Counted from the stretch's first letter, positions 24,321 to 40,231 are shown. The stretch: DNA of 64,000 nucleotides from Tubiluchus corallicola (GCA_030141605.1 JAQGDQ010000037.1:434001-498000), one strand, 5' to 3'. Numbers and translations: made by a program. The notes: generated by a model not told the origin, from the sequence alone.

Positions 24321-27300
24321 TAAAATGTGTTCAGGTTTAATCGCACATGAAGACTTCTTAAATTCTTAAGTTTGTACTGAACCGACGTCTCATGCGGTTT
24401 TTATTTATTGCAGGGGTTAACGCGCGTTTTGATTTAGAGAGCATTTAATAAGTGTATTAGTATTTTTGAGTGAATAAACCTGGATTGGACCCTGTACTAA
24501 TTTTGATTATTGTGTTTTCGACTAGTTTTAATAAACTTTAATGAAGCCATGTTCAGATACAGGTACGCAGATGCAGGATGGATACTTGGCCGATTGGCAA
24601 TTGATTATCTGGCTCTTTAGTCACCGGTGACTTGATTGGCTTGTGAATTAGTTAGTTGGTTGTCTGAGTGATTGGTTGGTTCGTAAGTAGGTTGAATGGT
24701 TGGCGTGTTGATTGGTTTGTGTAGGTTCGCTCGCTGGTTAGCTAAACAATCAGTTGGTTGGCTAGTGGTTTCTTGACCAATTGGTTGGCTGATTCATTTA
24801 CCTTGAACTTATAGGTTACAGTTGACTCTCTTAGTTCATTAAGCGGCGGTCACACATTTTGATTGCAAGGATTCGTTCAGCTCAGTCTTGACTCATACAG
24901 CTCCCTAGTGGCTATGACACAAATCCGCATAGTCATCAATGACAAGATAGAGTGTAGGGTTAAACACATATTATAAATCTTTTAATGCGCCCGTTGTTCA
25001 ACTTAAAGACTGTATTATCCTGTCTTTGTGAAGAAGAAGAATTATTTTGCTTGTCTTCGTCTTCCTGCTAAAAAGACGTCTATCTTGTAAGTGGTGGTAA
25101 CACAGGAAGCAGGCGACGTGCCGTGTGCCGCTGAAGTCGGATAATCTTTTGTTGGCCCTGCTAATAAAATTAATTGTATACGATTACGTCAATGGCTATG
25201 AAAGATTTGATGAATTGCATTGAGGATTTGCTTAGATGTGAACGTAAGCTCTGAATGGGTTGGCGTTCTGACTAAATGCACTGTGATTGTTTGCTTATTT
25301 TGAATTGAAATGTCAGAACTTCATAATTTTTTGAGTAAAGTCTCTTTAATTACTTTTATGTGAAATAGTTCAACATTAAATAAATTGAGCAGAGTTTTTG
25401 TAACTTTGGGTGTTTAAGTTATTTCAGACGAGCTGGCAGTTTCTCTATTAGAAAATGTTAGTTGTTTGCTCAGCATGATTTATATATTTTTATACGTGAC
25501 AATGTTTTGTACTTGAACTATTTTTGTGCTTCTTAGTTATTACCGGTGAATACCAACTTCCCTCTTTTATGCTCTTTGACAACAGTACATTGAATTTTTA
25601 AGTATTGAAACTTCGCTTTTACTTGTTCTATTTAGTAATATTAAACCGATATATCAAATTTCAAAATACAAAAAATGGTGATTAGTATAGATAAATTACT
25701 AGCGACGATCATTATTACAGTTTTTACGTTATTAGATTGGAGTTTCTAGTTATTAAAAACCCATAATTATATATTATATTCTGTATCTTATACTAGTGAT
25801 TAAAATGCTATTAGAATACAGAATAATGGAGAATTAAACTTAACTGTGACAAAAATATTCTTAGCAAAAGCATGCAGCTTACACTTTTCGCACTTTAGAT
25901 GGCACCAGTGGCGCTAAATTATACTAACAATAGATGAGTATATTTTACGTACAATTTATTAATTCTAACAGAATGTTTATTGTCTTCATTTATCATAGGT
26001 AACATTTATTCATCCACCAAAAGTCATTCATTGCTCACTAATTCTGTGAACAAGATCAAGATTTAGTTTTCAATTATTAGAGCTGAATTACTTTATAGAA
26101 ATATGCTGTGCCTTCTGAATTTTAAACAGCGAATCGTTGATAATGATAGCGATAAGAACAATGACAACTGTGATGGCGAGGATAATAATGACGACGACGA
26201 CAATGCCGATGTTGTTGTTGGTGACAATGTTGATGTGAAAATGACGATAAAAATGATACCGATATGTAGCTAGACATAACTGCGTGAAAATTAAATCGTA
26301 AGTGATATCACCAAAAAAAATCCATTTAAAGGTCTGCTAACTTTTCCGCCTACGCAGGTGTTGTGTAACCTCATTCGCTCTCTTGTCAATAAAATGAGTT
26401 TTATCAAATCGTTAATCATCTAGTAAAAGGTAGTAAATTTGTAGCTTTATTTGCAAAACAAAGCTAATAGGGCGTCACACCTGTTCTTGCTCTTTGTGCA
26501 TACATTCGTGCACCTAATCTCAGCATTTGTTTTTTGATAAAAGGCTTTTCTTCGGCTGATAGAGTTTGACAACTTTCTATGTTCAAATAATTGTCATGGC
26601 GTCATTGTTTGACGTTTTTATCTATACTCCAAAGAAATAAAATTTTTGAGCTCGTACTAGCCTCATTTTAAATATTACGCTTAGTTCGAAAACAACGATA
26701 GAAAATTAATTAATCTAGAAACCTAAAACAAGTAGTAGCAGCATTAGCAGTAACAACAGTGACTGCAGCAGCAGTAACAGCTACAATGAATGACAGAATA
26801 AATGGAATACTGAATACTGAAATCAAGAACAGCAGCAGCAGCGTCGACAGTAGTAGCATAATATACAGTATTTTTTCAGAGTGAATAAGCAAGTGATTGG
26901 GGCTTTTGCGCAACAAAATCATGAAGAAATCATTGCAATCTTATTAATCAACGCGGTCTAACTTCCTGCACTCAAAAAATTAACATCCCAAACATAGGGG
27001 GTTCGACAACTAGTTTTGTTTACTAATTTTTTGCTGGCAGGATTTCGAATAAATTAATGTTTCACCGCAATTGTCGGGGGCAAAAATTTTATAAACCTGG
27101 CTTTCGTTGTGCACAAAAGAAACTTTTCGTGGTTTTCATGCGTGCCTTTCTTGTACTTTTGAGTTTGGACATATGTTCTGGGTTGGGCGGCCGAATAGTT
27201 TAGATTTCGTACGGCAACCACCCAGTCTTGAGTTCGAATTTAGCAGCTGCAAACCCAGGGCAAATATCCACTCGTTATTCGTTATTTATGTTTTGTGTCC

Positions 27301-30300
27301 TTACCTGCATTGTTGTAAGTGGCTAAATAGCCGTTAGTGCTAATGTTGTCTGTTAAATGAGCGACGATAAATAAACCGTATCTTTGTCTTTAAGATACTA
27401 TGATCTTTAATTAAAAAAACCGAGCATTTCAGACCAATAAGTTACACAAGAGAGGAAAAACGAATTGCTGTTGTTTTTTCCTTTCACGATTTTACATTGT
27501 AAAGCATTGTAATATAAGCAAACAGGATATTTCTGAAACTCCCATAGCTAGTTTCCTGCATAGTTAAATATTACACAGTTACGCAAGTTTGCACAAAAGG
27601 TAAACAAATGTTTGTTACCTTATCAACATCCCTAGGGACAACTAAGGCTTTTTCGGTAGATATACTTGTGTAGTTTATAGCAAGCAGTCTGCTACACATC
27701 ATTAACATTAAACTCAAACTAATATACTGCATAATGTACCTGGAATTATTTTTTAGAGTACTTCATTGGACACTCTGTGAAATTAGAACCTATCGGTGTA
27801 ATATAAGCATTTGAATTTTGTGCATGTGAAAAAGGCCGATTTTTTAATCTCAGCTGCCCGTGCTTTTTCTTGCAGTATGATATGTTGCTGCAACACGGTA
27901 CAACATGACGAGTCTCTAACGGCTCGGAACACAACAACTATATAATTTTCGCAAATATCTTATCAAACTCATGTTACGACTAATGCTTTTTCATTTTCTG
28001 CTCCAGAAAGAAGCCATCACGATATTGTGCTGCCGAACAAACACCTATAATCGCTAATCTGACAGAATCAGGAGTATTAGCGAAAATGAACTCGCGCTTT
28101 TTGTGAGAATCATCTTACTGATTATGTGCAAATTAGAGTTTGCTTGGACAATGATAATACCTGTAATACCTGCCATTATGTGAGCCTCTATCAGCACACG
28201 ATAGCAAAATGAAATTGATAAATGTTGTTGGCAATAAAGTCGCATTTTTCGCAGTCCTTTTGTGAAGATGAATAACACACATGTATTACCTGTTCAATAT
28301 TCGCAATTTTTCTTGCAACAAATGTTTTCGCGAAGGAATAAAATTGCAGATTAGAAACCGAGATGGAAGGGATGCTGAATAAAATCCAGTTGAATTGAAA
28401 TTACATAGGTAACAATTCGAAGCCAGTTTCATGAAGCAAATCTGTCGAGATTTTTGTGAATGGTCTATAGTTGTAATGTGGTTTGGTTTAATAGAAACTT
28501 CTAGCGTCTAGCAGCTTATCTGTTATATGTTGTCATTCATCGCATTGTGTGTTTGTGAAATATCACAATTTGACCGAATGATTGTATGAATAGAGCTTTG
28601 ATTTGCATAGTGTTGCGTTGCGTGAATTGAATGTGATATTCCTACGGCAGACAAACGCACAAAATATTCTGTTATCTTTTATTCAGCACGACACAAAGGG
28701 GTTGCGTGGTTTATTTAACAAGCTTTTCATGTCGAAGAAAAACAGTTAATTTAAATTTTAATATTTAATTGGATTACACTATTATATGATACATGCCAAT
28801 GCGATTTGAAAAAACAAGTGTGTCGTGCTGTGAGACCTTAAAACGCTAAAAAAGAACGTTCTGTGTGATATTTCAGAAATACGATAAAGAGGAATTTAAA
28901 AGCTGAGTTTTAAACTAAATTACATAGGCCAATTAAATAAGCCGAAATGTAATCAAACACTGTACAGGCTCATGTTAATTAATATACGCTTAATGTAACT
29001 TAAACAAACTGTACAGATTTTGTAATTATTGTCGTCCTTCGTGTCACACAAAGCTATGCAAAAAGCATTCGAACCTTAAAACATTTATATTGTCTTTTGA
29101 CTTATGACATACATACACACAGAACAGTACATACTACTTACTATATATATACATATATTTCTGCATGTACGACTTGTTAGAATTCTTGCAAATTTCATCA
29201 CAAATATTGCCATATGTAGTCTGTAACATCAATAAACTAGTCGATACAATTACAATATTAAATTATCACTGAAATGCATTCTGATGATTCATTGGCGCCG
29301 TATTGTAGCCTTACTTATTAAGACCTTGTTACTGCCTTTTCTGCAAATTTAATCCTTCAGTAATTCAATCTGCATACAAGAACTTGGTTCAGGTGCAAAT
29401 CTGTCTCAATCAAGCATCTACATTATCAGAATTTTTGCATGGATTAAAATCGGATTTGCGCATGTGGAACGATAGAGCGTTTTGTGCATTTCATCGTGTT
29501 GTTTTGTCATCTCATCAGTACTGCAATTCAGAGCTCATCCACGCTTGTGCAGGCTACATAAAGGCAGCTGAAATTAGTTTTATTCACGATGAAGCGAGGG
29601 AATGAATGTTAACTTTTGTATACGCGGATGCTTATTCATCGCGCCCGTGATGGACTTTGTAAAACATTTCGTCCGAAGAAGCAAAACACAACAGACTCTA
29701 TTGCTATGGCTTCATTGCTGCGCAGAACAGCAGGATATTGCATCGCAATGACAGAGCAGTTGACTGCTAAAATTGGCTTCTTCAAGTGGAAAGTGTATTA
29801 GGGTTTCAGCACTCAATTCTCCAGTTACAATGCTCTTACTTGTAAAGCGCCATCTACGTGTTTATAAGTCCCGAATCTAATACATTTCACAGCCAAAGAG
29901 ACAGGAAATTACTATCTGGGCCTTTTGTTGCCACTCTGTAAGATAATATTTTAAATGAAGTCGACAAGCTGCCGGATATAAAGGCCCCGATAAAACCTTC
30001 CATTTGCCCCATTCAGACTTTGAAACTTTCCATACATCGCTACACAAAGGCCGGTATAAAATCTATATTCGTCTATCCTTTGCTGTTCTAATCATGCCAT
30101 TCAGGCTTATGTAAGGATTTGGTCAGCTTTTGTGCGAATATTTGGCTGGATTGTGAGTGGTCCTAACAGAAATCGATCCCTATCGTCGATGTCGTATGTC
30201 ATTTCTTTGCTGGCTGGATTAACAAAGCGGTGCCATGATACAGCTTTCAAATCAACGTACACAGTTTTGTTAATTGTATTCTACTACACTGACTATGCTT

Positions 30301-30431
30301 CGAATCTTGGCCCCCTCTTCAAATAAATGAGAACTAAATTGCTAAATACAAAAATAGAGTAGTTTAAACCGTACTGATTTATAGCAAAAGTGTCAAGAGC
30401 AGTTTCAAAAACGAAAATGAAAGGACGGAAA

Positions 30432-30435
30432 GAGA

Positions 30436-30500
<65 letters not shown>

Positions 30501-30611
30501 GAGACAGACAGACAGACAGATAGACAGACAGAAGACAGACAAAATGAGAGAAAAAGAAACAGGGAAAGGGAGAGAGGAGAGGAGAAGGAGAAAATAGCAT
30601 ACGAGAGCGAA

Positions 30612-30657
<46 letters not shown>

Positions 30658-30709
30658 ATTGGAGAAATAAAAAGAGATTTAGGGGAGAGAGAAAGGGAGA
30701 GACAAAGAA

Positions 30710-30793
<84 letters not shown>
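30432..30793. repeat. Interrupted (GA)n / polypurine tract
   Basis: Three GA runs plus GACA units. Confidence 0.97.
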
Positions 30794-30794
<1 letters not shown>

Positions 30795-33700
30795 ATAAGT
30801 ACGTAGCATAGTTAAGTATACCATAGCATAGACTAAGGTACTTTAAACTTTATCTTCGCACACTGGTGGTTTGAATTGCATTATAAGTCTCTATGATAGC
30901 CTGTGGCACTCTAGTATATTATAAGCTATTCCAGCACTCTTTTATTACTGTCATCTCTTATTCAGCTTTCCTGGGATCATAAATCCCTCTTATACGCCAC
31001 GCAAGGCCCAGCAACATACCTGTTTTATACTATTATACACAACTTTCCGAAAAAACTGCACTCAGTGTAATAATATCCCTATCATTTATACGGAGCTCAT
31101 TGTATGAGGTTGGGCAGCACCGAGGTATGGAACACAAGGAGCTATTGTTGTGCCAGGTATACAATTTCCATTAGATAAATATCAATGGCAAGTTTTTACA
31201 GATTTCTATGGGTGTAATTAGACACGATATATTGGTATAGCCAATTGAAATGCAAAAAATTAAATCTCACGCTTAGGTCTGTACAATAAAGGTCAAATTC
31301 AGACAATGTGTTGTACAAGCCTTATCTCCTTGAACTAACTTGTAAAAGCGGTTTTTTCTATTCACCAGGTGATAAAGAAACAAACGTTTTTTCGATACTA
31401 AATTATTTTTAAACCAGTAAAAAGTTCGTAAGGCGATTATATTTAGCTGAAACAATAATTCTGTTACGCTTCCTAATATTGTTAGCATTCCTTAAATACG
31501 CAGAACGCTTTTCCTATGGCTTCCCTGTCATTTGTCCATACAGTTTTTATACTTTAATGTGGTATTATTACGTAGGCCCATAACATCAAAATCTATTTAG
31601 ACCATTTGTGGAAGAAAGTTTCTTTAAAAAACTTTGTTGTTCTTTACATTAGAAAAGGAATTTTAATATGTTGCAAGCTAAAATTAAGCAACTATACGCC
31701 TGGTTAATAAATAAGTGTACTAAGACAGGGTTTGTGTGTTCTCACCTGCCGTATTTCCCTTATTATTTGTTAGCGATTTGTTATCATTTGTATCACTTGT
31801 TTTTCGTTTCAACAAACTTAATTCTTTTTCCTTTTCAAGGTGGATGTATACGTCATCAGCGTCTCATCTTAGAGAATTATCCTAGATAATTGATAGGTTT
31901 CCGGTCCCGCCACAACCCTTTACATCAAATAGATCCTGCTGTTGACTGTTAAATCCATTTTGTGCAGTGTGCCAAACTGTGCAAGGAACACATATACTAC
32001 ATGTGGGTTTTGTTACAAAAGTCGTTTACTATAATGCCTATATAGGCGTAGTAAATTTTTTCTACTCCATGAAAGGCAAGTGAGTATAAGCAACGAAAAG
32101 AGAATAAAACCATATTTACATATTTTGACGTTTTTTATATAAATTAATTTCAAAAATGTAATGCAAAACGTTTCTGGTATTCATAACTTAACAATTACAA
32201 TAACTAACACTAAAATTCCTATACTTATCTCTAATTTCGCAGCCTATTTTAATTAATTTCTAACTTAAAAAATTTTGATAGCGAACAGTGAACATATGCA
32301 TATATTGTATCATATGAACGTCTTTATCGAACAAAATAACATAGTTAGGAAGTCATTTGTGACGTGCAGGGCTGCTAATTTTATGCCTTATTAAACCGCA
32401 TTTGCGATACATTACGTCATGAAAGATCATTCAGTTTTTTTCTTCCGCGGCACACGGTGATACGTGCCGAATCTATCTCTTATCTTCATTGTCAGAAAGA
32501 AGCAAACAAACTTTGTAAATGCCGAATTGGATTTAATCACTCACAAGCGGCTTTAATTTCCTATTATATTTCCAGTTTCTGGTTTTTTGTGTGATGTCTG
32601 CCAGTGTAATCGCCCACATTGAAATGGTGGTGCATAAGTTGTTCAGTAAACAGCAACTGTGAATTGAAAACTCATTTTTAATAACTATAGAAATTCAAAG
32701 TGCTGCTTAAAGTGTGTCATTAACAAACAGAGCTAAAGAGTTAGCGTTGTAGTTTGAAAAAGGCTTTGTTCGTTTACCCGTCTTTCTCATCAATAGTCAG
32801 CTATAGAATGATTCTTTTACCAGGAATTTGCCATTAATAACCAACGACATAATAATGACTCGCGGATTTTCTTGAATGTCACGAAGAGGTAGCCAATACT
32901 ATTTTCAAAAGAATAGACGCTATCGGTTCAAAGACCTGTTTAACAATACAACTTTGTTAATTTTCCGTAATAAATCAGCAGGAAAATGGTGAAGGTGGTT
33001 GCCAAATAGTGGCACATTATACGCAGACATTGTGTGCTGTGTTTTTCCCAACAGCCAAGAATCACTTTTAACATTTCCGACGGCCTGAAGAAAATCTCGA
33101 TTGCTTTCTCTTTGCCACCCTTTTTATCCGCGTAGAGTACCGACAGACAACTTTACCACAGCGTTCCTTTTGAAAGCGTCTTCAATGATTCTTGGCAACA
33201 ACTTCCTTCTTTCCTGCTGCATTATCGTGATTGACTGTTGATTTTACGGCTCAGCATTTGGGGCACAAGCTTATTAAGCATTTATCCTGTTCACTTGTAT
33301 TAGGGAAGCAAATTTGAAAATTAGCATTACTAGCATGATAAAAGTACAAGGTGCGCGTAAAAAACAGCTGGTAAAATTTTAAGTGAAGTTCCTTTATATA
33401 ATTATAATTGGGTCAATAATGTGCAGTAAATGCTTGTTTGTCGCGGCCATAACACCATTGAACAAACTAACTGGCATGAATAGCACCAAGACAATATCTT
33501 CATAAATTACATGGAAATTCTAATTAACTATTTCAGAAGCCAATCACTAATTTCATTTACAATATTCTTTTCTGCTAATCAACGGTGTTCATTCTGTGGT
33601 CTTAATCAGTGGTTGATAATTTGCAAAAAGCTACATTTACAAGTTCTTTGCCATTTTCTTCTGCTATCTAAAGCGGTGGTGTAACATCACTTCAGTAAAC

Positions 33701-36131
33701 GTATGAGGTCAATCAAGAAATCGAATTTGATGCCATCAAATTTCCATCAATCACCAATCGTATCCTCGGCAACCAAATTGTCATTTGGTTTCTCTTCTAA
33801 CTCTTATTTTTAATAAATTTAATAAAAATAATCAGGGACTTTTAAGATACTCGAAATATCCTTAAAATATTAAAACACTTCTTAAGAGTTAACTGACATT
33901 ACTGCAATGCATTATCAGGGTGTTAAGACCAACACGGAACAAATAAGTATTATTAAATAACTCAGAAATTCAGAAATGAGTTCAAACAAAATCTGTTTCC
34001 ACCATAGCCTTTTTCTTCATTTTTTCAGTATTCCTACACCTAAGCTATAGTTCTACATAATGAATATTTTAATATGATGTGCCGGTTTATAATGCAATGC
34101 GACATGTACGCTTCTTTTGAGCTGTTTCAATTGCCTATTGTTGCTCACACGCGATACCTTCAATTATTAGTACAAATTAAGAGATTTTCTGTCGCTTAAT
34201 GTATATTGTTATTATCTGACAAGACGTGTTGCATATGTTGCGTTTCACAGACGCTTAACCAAACGGCACCTGTTCAAACTTCCCGAGTTACGTTTAATTC
34301 TACCTGCTTTATTTCTTCTCTTTTATTATTTGCGCATTGGATATAGCTCATATTATTCAGATAAACACGCCATGACTTACTGTCACTTTGATATCGTAAC
34401 GCCTTTTCTGGTAGGTTGTTCTAATAAAATCAAACAATTCGTGTGTAGCTAGTCATAATTTAATCGACGACATCAAACTATATAATAACATAAACGCTGC
34501 TTCTAAATCAACTTTGACAATATGAAAATCTCATAATATAGCCTAAATATGCTCAATTTCTGTGATATTAGTTACTGATACTGACTGATTAGTGTTGAAA
34601 TTCCAATGCAATTGTAAGTATAACTGCAGATGACGTAAATCAACACGTTTGTTGGGTATGATGGATACGATAAATGAATTTGCATAAAATTTATCAATAC
34701 CACAACTTATTTGGGTACAACAATCATAACAACACGTACATTAGGCTTGCTTATTTCTATTTTGATTTGCAAATTATTCAGTTAACGAGCCAAAAACAGG
34801 TGGTCTTCTGAAAACGCTACATTTATATATTGACATAGCATGCGCATATTATAAATTAAAATGTTTAAATAATGCTGCCCATTATATCTGAGTCACAACT
34901 TTAGATTTACTACAAATGTTCATAACCGTGTCACAAGGTCACAATCATTGTGATCTAATCAGCTGTAAAGTTTGAGCATGGCAATTTTATTTACACCGGG
35001 TAATACATTTTATTACTCTGGAACTGTGCTTTGGAATCTCTTCCAAATTATATGAAAGACGAACCCATCTTTACGTAATTTCAAAAGATTTGCTAAAACT
35101 TGTTTTTCATGAATTGAATAACCTAATATCAGATATAAGTTGCAGTTATATATCTCGGTACCTTGCTTATTTTGAAATTAACTTAATTCTATGTTCCTTT
35201 TAATGCCAGTAATGACTTGATAATCATTTTATTTTGTTAGAGAGTCATAAACATAATTGTTGTAATGAAATGTCTGTATATCTGCATGTACTTATATATT
35301 TGTAAATAACTGAGGGTCTCCTTGGGAAGCAGTGCTAAGCATTGAGCCATGACGTCACATTTGGTCACGTGGCCTCGCCCGTCATGTGCGTCTTGTTTTT
35401 TGTTCACTACAGTCTTTTTTCCAACATTCGCAATTATACATTCCGTTTTGGAGGTGTATTCAGTATTTCAGTTTGGCTGGTTTAAATATCTAAAATTACG
35501 ACTGTGTGTTTTTTTTGCATTAGAAACAAACTTCTGTAAAGATTGTCAGAAGTGTGACGTAAATGAGGAATTTTACCATAAGATTATTTCTTCCTCTGAT
35601 TTGGGGGTTTATTAGAATAGTCAGATTTGTTGTTGGAGTTTTCCCTTTTTTGGGGTTTGATAATGGTCAGTCTTACATACCTTGTTCTAACAGATGTGAC
35701 TAGGATGTGTTTCTAACAGTTTGGGTGTATTACCCGTTGTAAACAAAAGCAAATTTGTCATTGTTTGTTAGTGGGTGGGTTGTTTTGCTCTGTTTTATAC
35801 GTGCGGAACATTATTCGTGCAAAAAATAGTGGTTTCATTTATTTTAAGATCAACCCCTAATTCTACTGTTCCAAATAAAAAATGGGTCATCAGTCAATTT
35901 TAATATTTTTCCAATACATCGCAGAGATGTGTGTTAAACCCTTCCATTTAGCGAATTTTACGTAGTTTGCTCTGTACGGTCGTTAGCTTTACGTGACTGT
36001 CGTTAGGTATACAAACATTATGAATAAACGTTATCAGTGTGAGTTGATAATAATTATCAAACTTTACCTATAAGTCACTGATCGCCGTGAAACGTGAAAA
36101 ATGATTTAAGATGTAGAAAAGAGATAGCGTT

Positions 36132-36744
36132 TTAAAGAAAAAAATAGGATGATTTTTCACATCCTACCTTATTTTGATGTATGGTAAAACGTATGCATTT
36201 TAACACCTATAATAATGCCAAAGCATTTCTGATAGTTAAATAATAGGCTAAAAACTTAATTAACAGCTAGTGACGACGTCCCCCCAAATGAACATAATTT
36301 TCAACAGCACAAACATTCCATGAACGTGTTGTACGTGTTTGCAAAAGCGAAAATTGAAGTACGATGCTATTGTACAACATTCAGTGTGATATTCATAGCT
36401 CGACAAATTTCAAGATTAAAATTAAAATTTTAAATTTACCGCTGTGCTCTCGCATGAGCTCTCGTGCATATGCATTACGTCACAACTGCACATTTCTGAA
36501 CTGAGATGTATAGCACCTAAATTTTTAATGCACGTGTTTCCGACATGCAGATTCTAGAGCCCATCTAAGTAGCGAATGGCGAAAATCATGTAACAGCGAA
36601 GAACTAGCCGCACGAACTTACGTTTCTGTGGTAATAATTCTTTCATGTAGGTCACCCTTGAAAAAATAGTATGTTCCTTTTCAATATTTTATAGGGAAAA
36701 TTGTTTTGAGCTATAATTTAAGATTGTGTCCGGTTTTCCTTTAA
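36132..36744 (+). mobile_element. Kolobok-type MITE, copy 4, subfamily A
   Basis: Ends TTAA|AGAAAAAAATAGGATG ... CCGGTTTTCCT|TTAA. Shares diagnostic variants (ATCCTACC, CATGAGCTCTCG, GAGCTATAA) with copy 1. Confidence 0.85.
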
Positions 36745-38931
36745 ATGAGAAACCAAACACAAGTCTATTCGTACATTTCCTTCAGTTCTTCACGCCACGT
36801 CTTACTCAACATTTAAATTCTCCTAACTTAATTACCCAAACTCCAGTGTCTCTGCGCTCTTCAACACTTTATCTTTCCCATAGAAAGTCAGGCTTAAATC
36901 AAATTCGTCTTTGAAAAAGTGGCTTTAAAATGCTTATATCACGCAAGTACCTACTTAGGTATGTAATGCACGTTATAAAGCTCGCAAGAATTGCATAATT
37001 ACTTCTCATATAAAGAGGACTGAATGGAATATCTGTGGATAAATTTAATTTTCCGTGCCACAATAGCCGAACTTTTTCTCCTATTATTTGGTTTTATCTT
37101 GAGGATACTGCTTAGTTAAAGGATATTTAACTCGAAGAAAGCTGAATAGTATAGAGAATATTTTAACTTCAAGAAGACTGAAAGCATTATAAGCGCTTAT
37201 GTCTCTGGAGATAGCATTGGCTCATAACAAATATTATAGCCAAGTTAATACATGCCAGTCGAAAGTAATATACTGGTAAGCCGACAAGCAGCAGCACTAT
37301 TGCTGTTGTTTTGTTGCTCTTGCTGTTGCTGTTGCTGTTGTCGCCGTCGCCATCGTCGTCGTCGTCGTTGTTACTGTAGTTTTTGGAGTCAGGGACCAAT
37401 TAACGAAATTCTCGGATTGTTCAAATGAAGGATGAAACAAAAGACACTTTCTCAGATTGTCTGATGTGTTTGAATGTTCTCATCCACTTATATCTGGAAA
37501 CAATACAGAATAAATCGGGGAGGGGAGCGGTGCTGTTTATCCAAGATGCAAAAAAATGAGAATTACTATTATTGTTTACAAATGAGTGAGACAATTTGTT
37601 TGTTTTACTCATTTCAACTCTGCAAACATTTTCTACTATTGTGACCTCAACACTTAACACAGTAGATACTATATGAAAATATAAAAATGTAAGAATATAA
37701 CAATTGTTTTTCCTTGCTCTTCAAAAGCATATGCATAATTATATTTGCTCACAACCACGTGTTTGTGTTCATGGAGAAAATGAAGTGTGTTTGCATCAAT
37801 TCCAGTTTGTCTTGCTCTTAACTCTCTCACCGAGAAAATGAAGCAGTGTTAATTGTAAAGCGTTCCATTCTCTCGCTTTCTTTACTTATCACTTTGCATC
37901 GACAAGTTCCAAATTGTCAGACTGCCGCAGTCTATTAACAACATGGCAAGAGCTCAACGAAACACTCACCAGAACCAATTTACTTTCCAAACATCATAAT
38001 TCACTCATGGAGGCAGTTGATTCATGGAAAATGTTGCGTTCGTTTAGATGCATAGAAAATGCACAAGACGTTTAGCGCAGTTTAAATGCAACGTGTCATT
38101 TACATTAAGCATATATTTTGCATTTTATAACGAGAAGGAAGACTCAATTATACGTTTCTGAGGAAAAGATGACTGGCCAAATGAAGCAAGCTCTTTGAGT
38201 TCTTCAATTCTTTTCACTTTAACAGCAGTAAATGATGGCAGTGAATGTTGCTAATTCACATGAGATGGTCTATACATCCATTAACATGCTTTATGCAATA
38301 AAAGATGTACGCAGCCTCAAACTGCTATACCAGCAGAATTCCTTGTACAATATGGATGTTTTGTTCTGAACACGATATTCTGATTAAATTTTAGCTACTT
38401 AAGTATTAATATAGTTTCGTTTAATAAACTGTTATCAGTAGTAGACTGAAGGCCTTACGCGCCCTTCTGATGAAATCCTAGGATAATATAACTAATGCTT
38501 CTTTAAAGTTGCAAAAAGTTTTATTCATTTCCCTGCTAATCAAATGAGTTGTTATGTAGTTGTTTATACCTCTCAAACAAAAGTTTTTATCGTATTTGCT
38601 AATTGGCTTACTGTTTACTGTTTTCTTCAGCAGCTCCATACTTTTCACTAGGCAGACTAACGCAAGATGCGAATTTATTCAAGAGATAACCATAGTTTTG
38701 TCATGTGCGCCCATCCCTTGCGTAACTCGAACAGCGAGTGGTGACAAGGAGGTCTACCAAGCCTTGTGAATATTGTAGCCACGTGGCTATTAAACGGAAT
38801 ATCAAATGCTTTCTTTTTGCTGCATTAAATTATGTTCTAATGTTTCTATGATTTGTAACTTGCGACATTACGAATCCACAATTAATTCAATTTTTATACC
38901 AAACTTGTTAGACAGTAAATGTGAAAAGGTT

Positions 38932-39003
38932 GGAGTACAACCTAGATTTGAACCACAGACCTTCTACTTACATGACAGACTCCTTAAACTACTATAGGCC
39001 ACC
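38932..39003 (-). mobile_element. tRNA-derived SINE head fragment
   Basis: Minus strand GGTGGCCTATAGTAG (A-box-like) ... AAGGTCTGTGGTTCAAATCT (B-box). No cloverleaf can be formed. Confidence 0.5.
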
Positions 39004-40231
39004 GCATTCACCAGTGGTCAGGAAGTTCAATGTTCAACGTTATAGCTGGCTAACAAAATTCAACATTTCTAAGGGTTGGATATCTCACACTAGAATGATT
39101 ATAAGCTAATTAAATTAATTTCTAATTATATTAATTAATTAAGTACCCGTGGAAGTTTCATGGTCAAAATTAATCAAAATAAAAAGTAATCTAATTAATT
39201 AGAAAGAGTCGTTCTATAATGATTATATAGTGATTCTATAGTGATCTTACTGGAAATGCTGAATTTTGTTGGCCAATTATAAAGGATGAACCGTTGACTA
39301 CCACTGGGGAATGTGGTGAAATTGTGGTCTACTACGTCGTCTGCCACTTAACGTAATGTTAGCAGACGGTCCATTTCAACTTTTTCATTTATCCTGTTTT
39401 TCAAGTTTGGTACAAAAATATAAGTCGCTATGGGTTTTGTAACATTATATAATAATAATCTTGGCATTAGGTTTATATAATAATTAAATATTTATTTACA
39501 ACATGCTCTAAGCTGCATTTCAATCATCTATGTTGCATTGCACATGATATCAAGTTTGTTTTCGGTTTAAAACGTTTGCTAATTAAATTGTTTTTGTTTA
39601 CAATATTACATAGATAAGTTAAAGAATACGTCGAAATAATAATTTGAGCATATCTATATTACAAGCAAAATTGGGCTATTGGGTTGTGCGAACAGCCAAT
39701 ACTGATCAAACACATCATTTTACTAACACAAAACAAATAATAATTTTTACAGAAAGCGACAGCAAAATAAGTTTCGTTATTTAGACTGGCAAGGACGAAA
39801 AACTATTACTAACTTGTCTATCTTTGTACCAAGTTCAACAACATTCTACATTCTCCAATTGCGTGCAAAATTAAAAAAAAACTATTATTATGAGTGTTTT
39901 AATTCGGGCAGCAATCAAATTCGCAGTGTTGCCCATTTGCAACCCACTATTAGTTTGTAAATTTCAATAACGCATTCTCCTATCGTACGCCAAGTAGTTT
40001 TCCTCGATGTTAAAGCGATATTAAAACTAAAGAATTATAACAAACTAAGTACATCCTTCACACAATAAGGCATATTAGATTGAAATTTTAGTTAATGGCA
40101 AATATTAACGATGTAGTGTGGATTATGTTTTACGTTATGCTGACAAAACATGAAAAATTCATTGTAACTCTTTACGTATCTGCCTGCAAATGCATGGAGG
40201 CATACGTCCTTTGTATATTTATGTATTATTC

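Noticed and set aside
30293-30824. Long SL/ER-repeat ORFs (up to 167 aa)
   Set aside because: Translations of (GA)n microsatellites. The same applies to the ORFs at 9978-10330, 24132-24369, 48391-48606, 56361-56711 and 60097-60844.
35350-35371. Perfect CRE (TGACGTCA) next to a CACGTG E-box as a second promoter
   Set aside because: No associated ORF, and the surrounding sequence looks transposon-derived.
38932-39003. tRNA gene candidates (also near 48250, 49605 and 53770)
   Set aside because: Only degenerate A/B boxes; no acceptor stem or cloverleaf can be formed. Treated as SINE heads.
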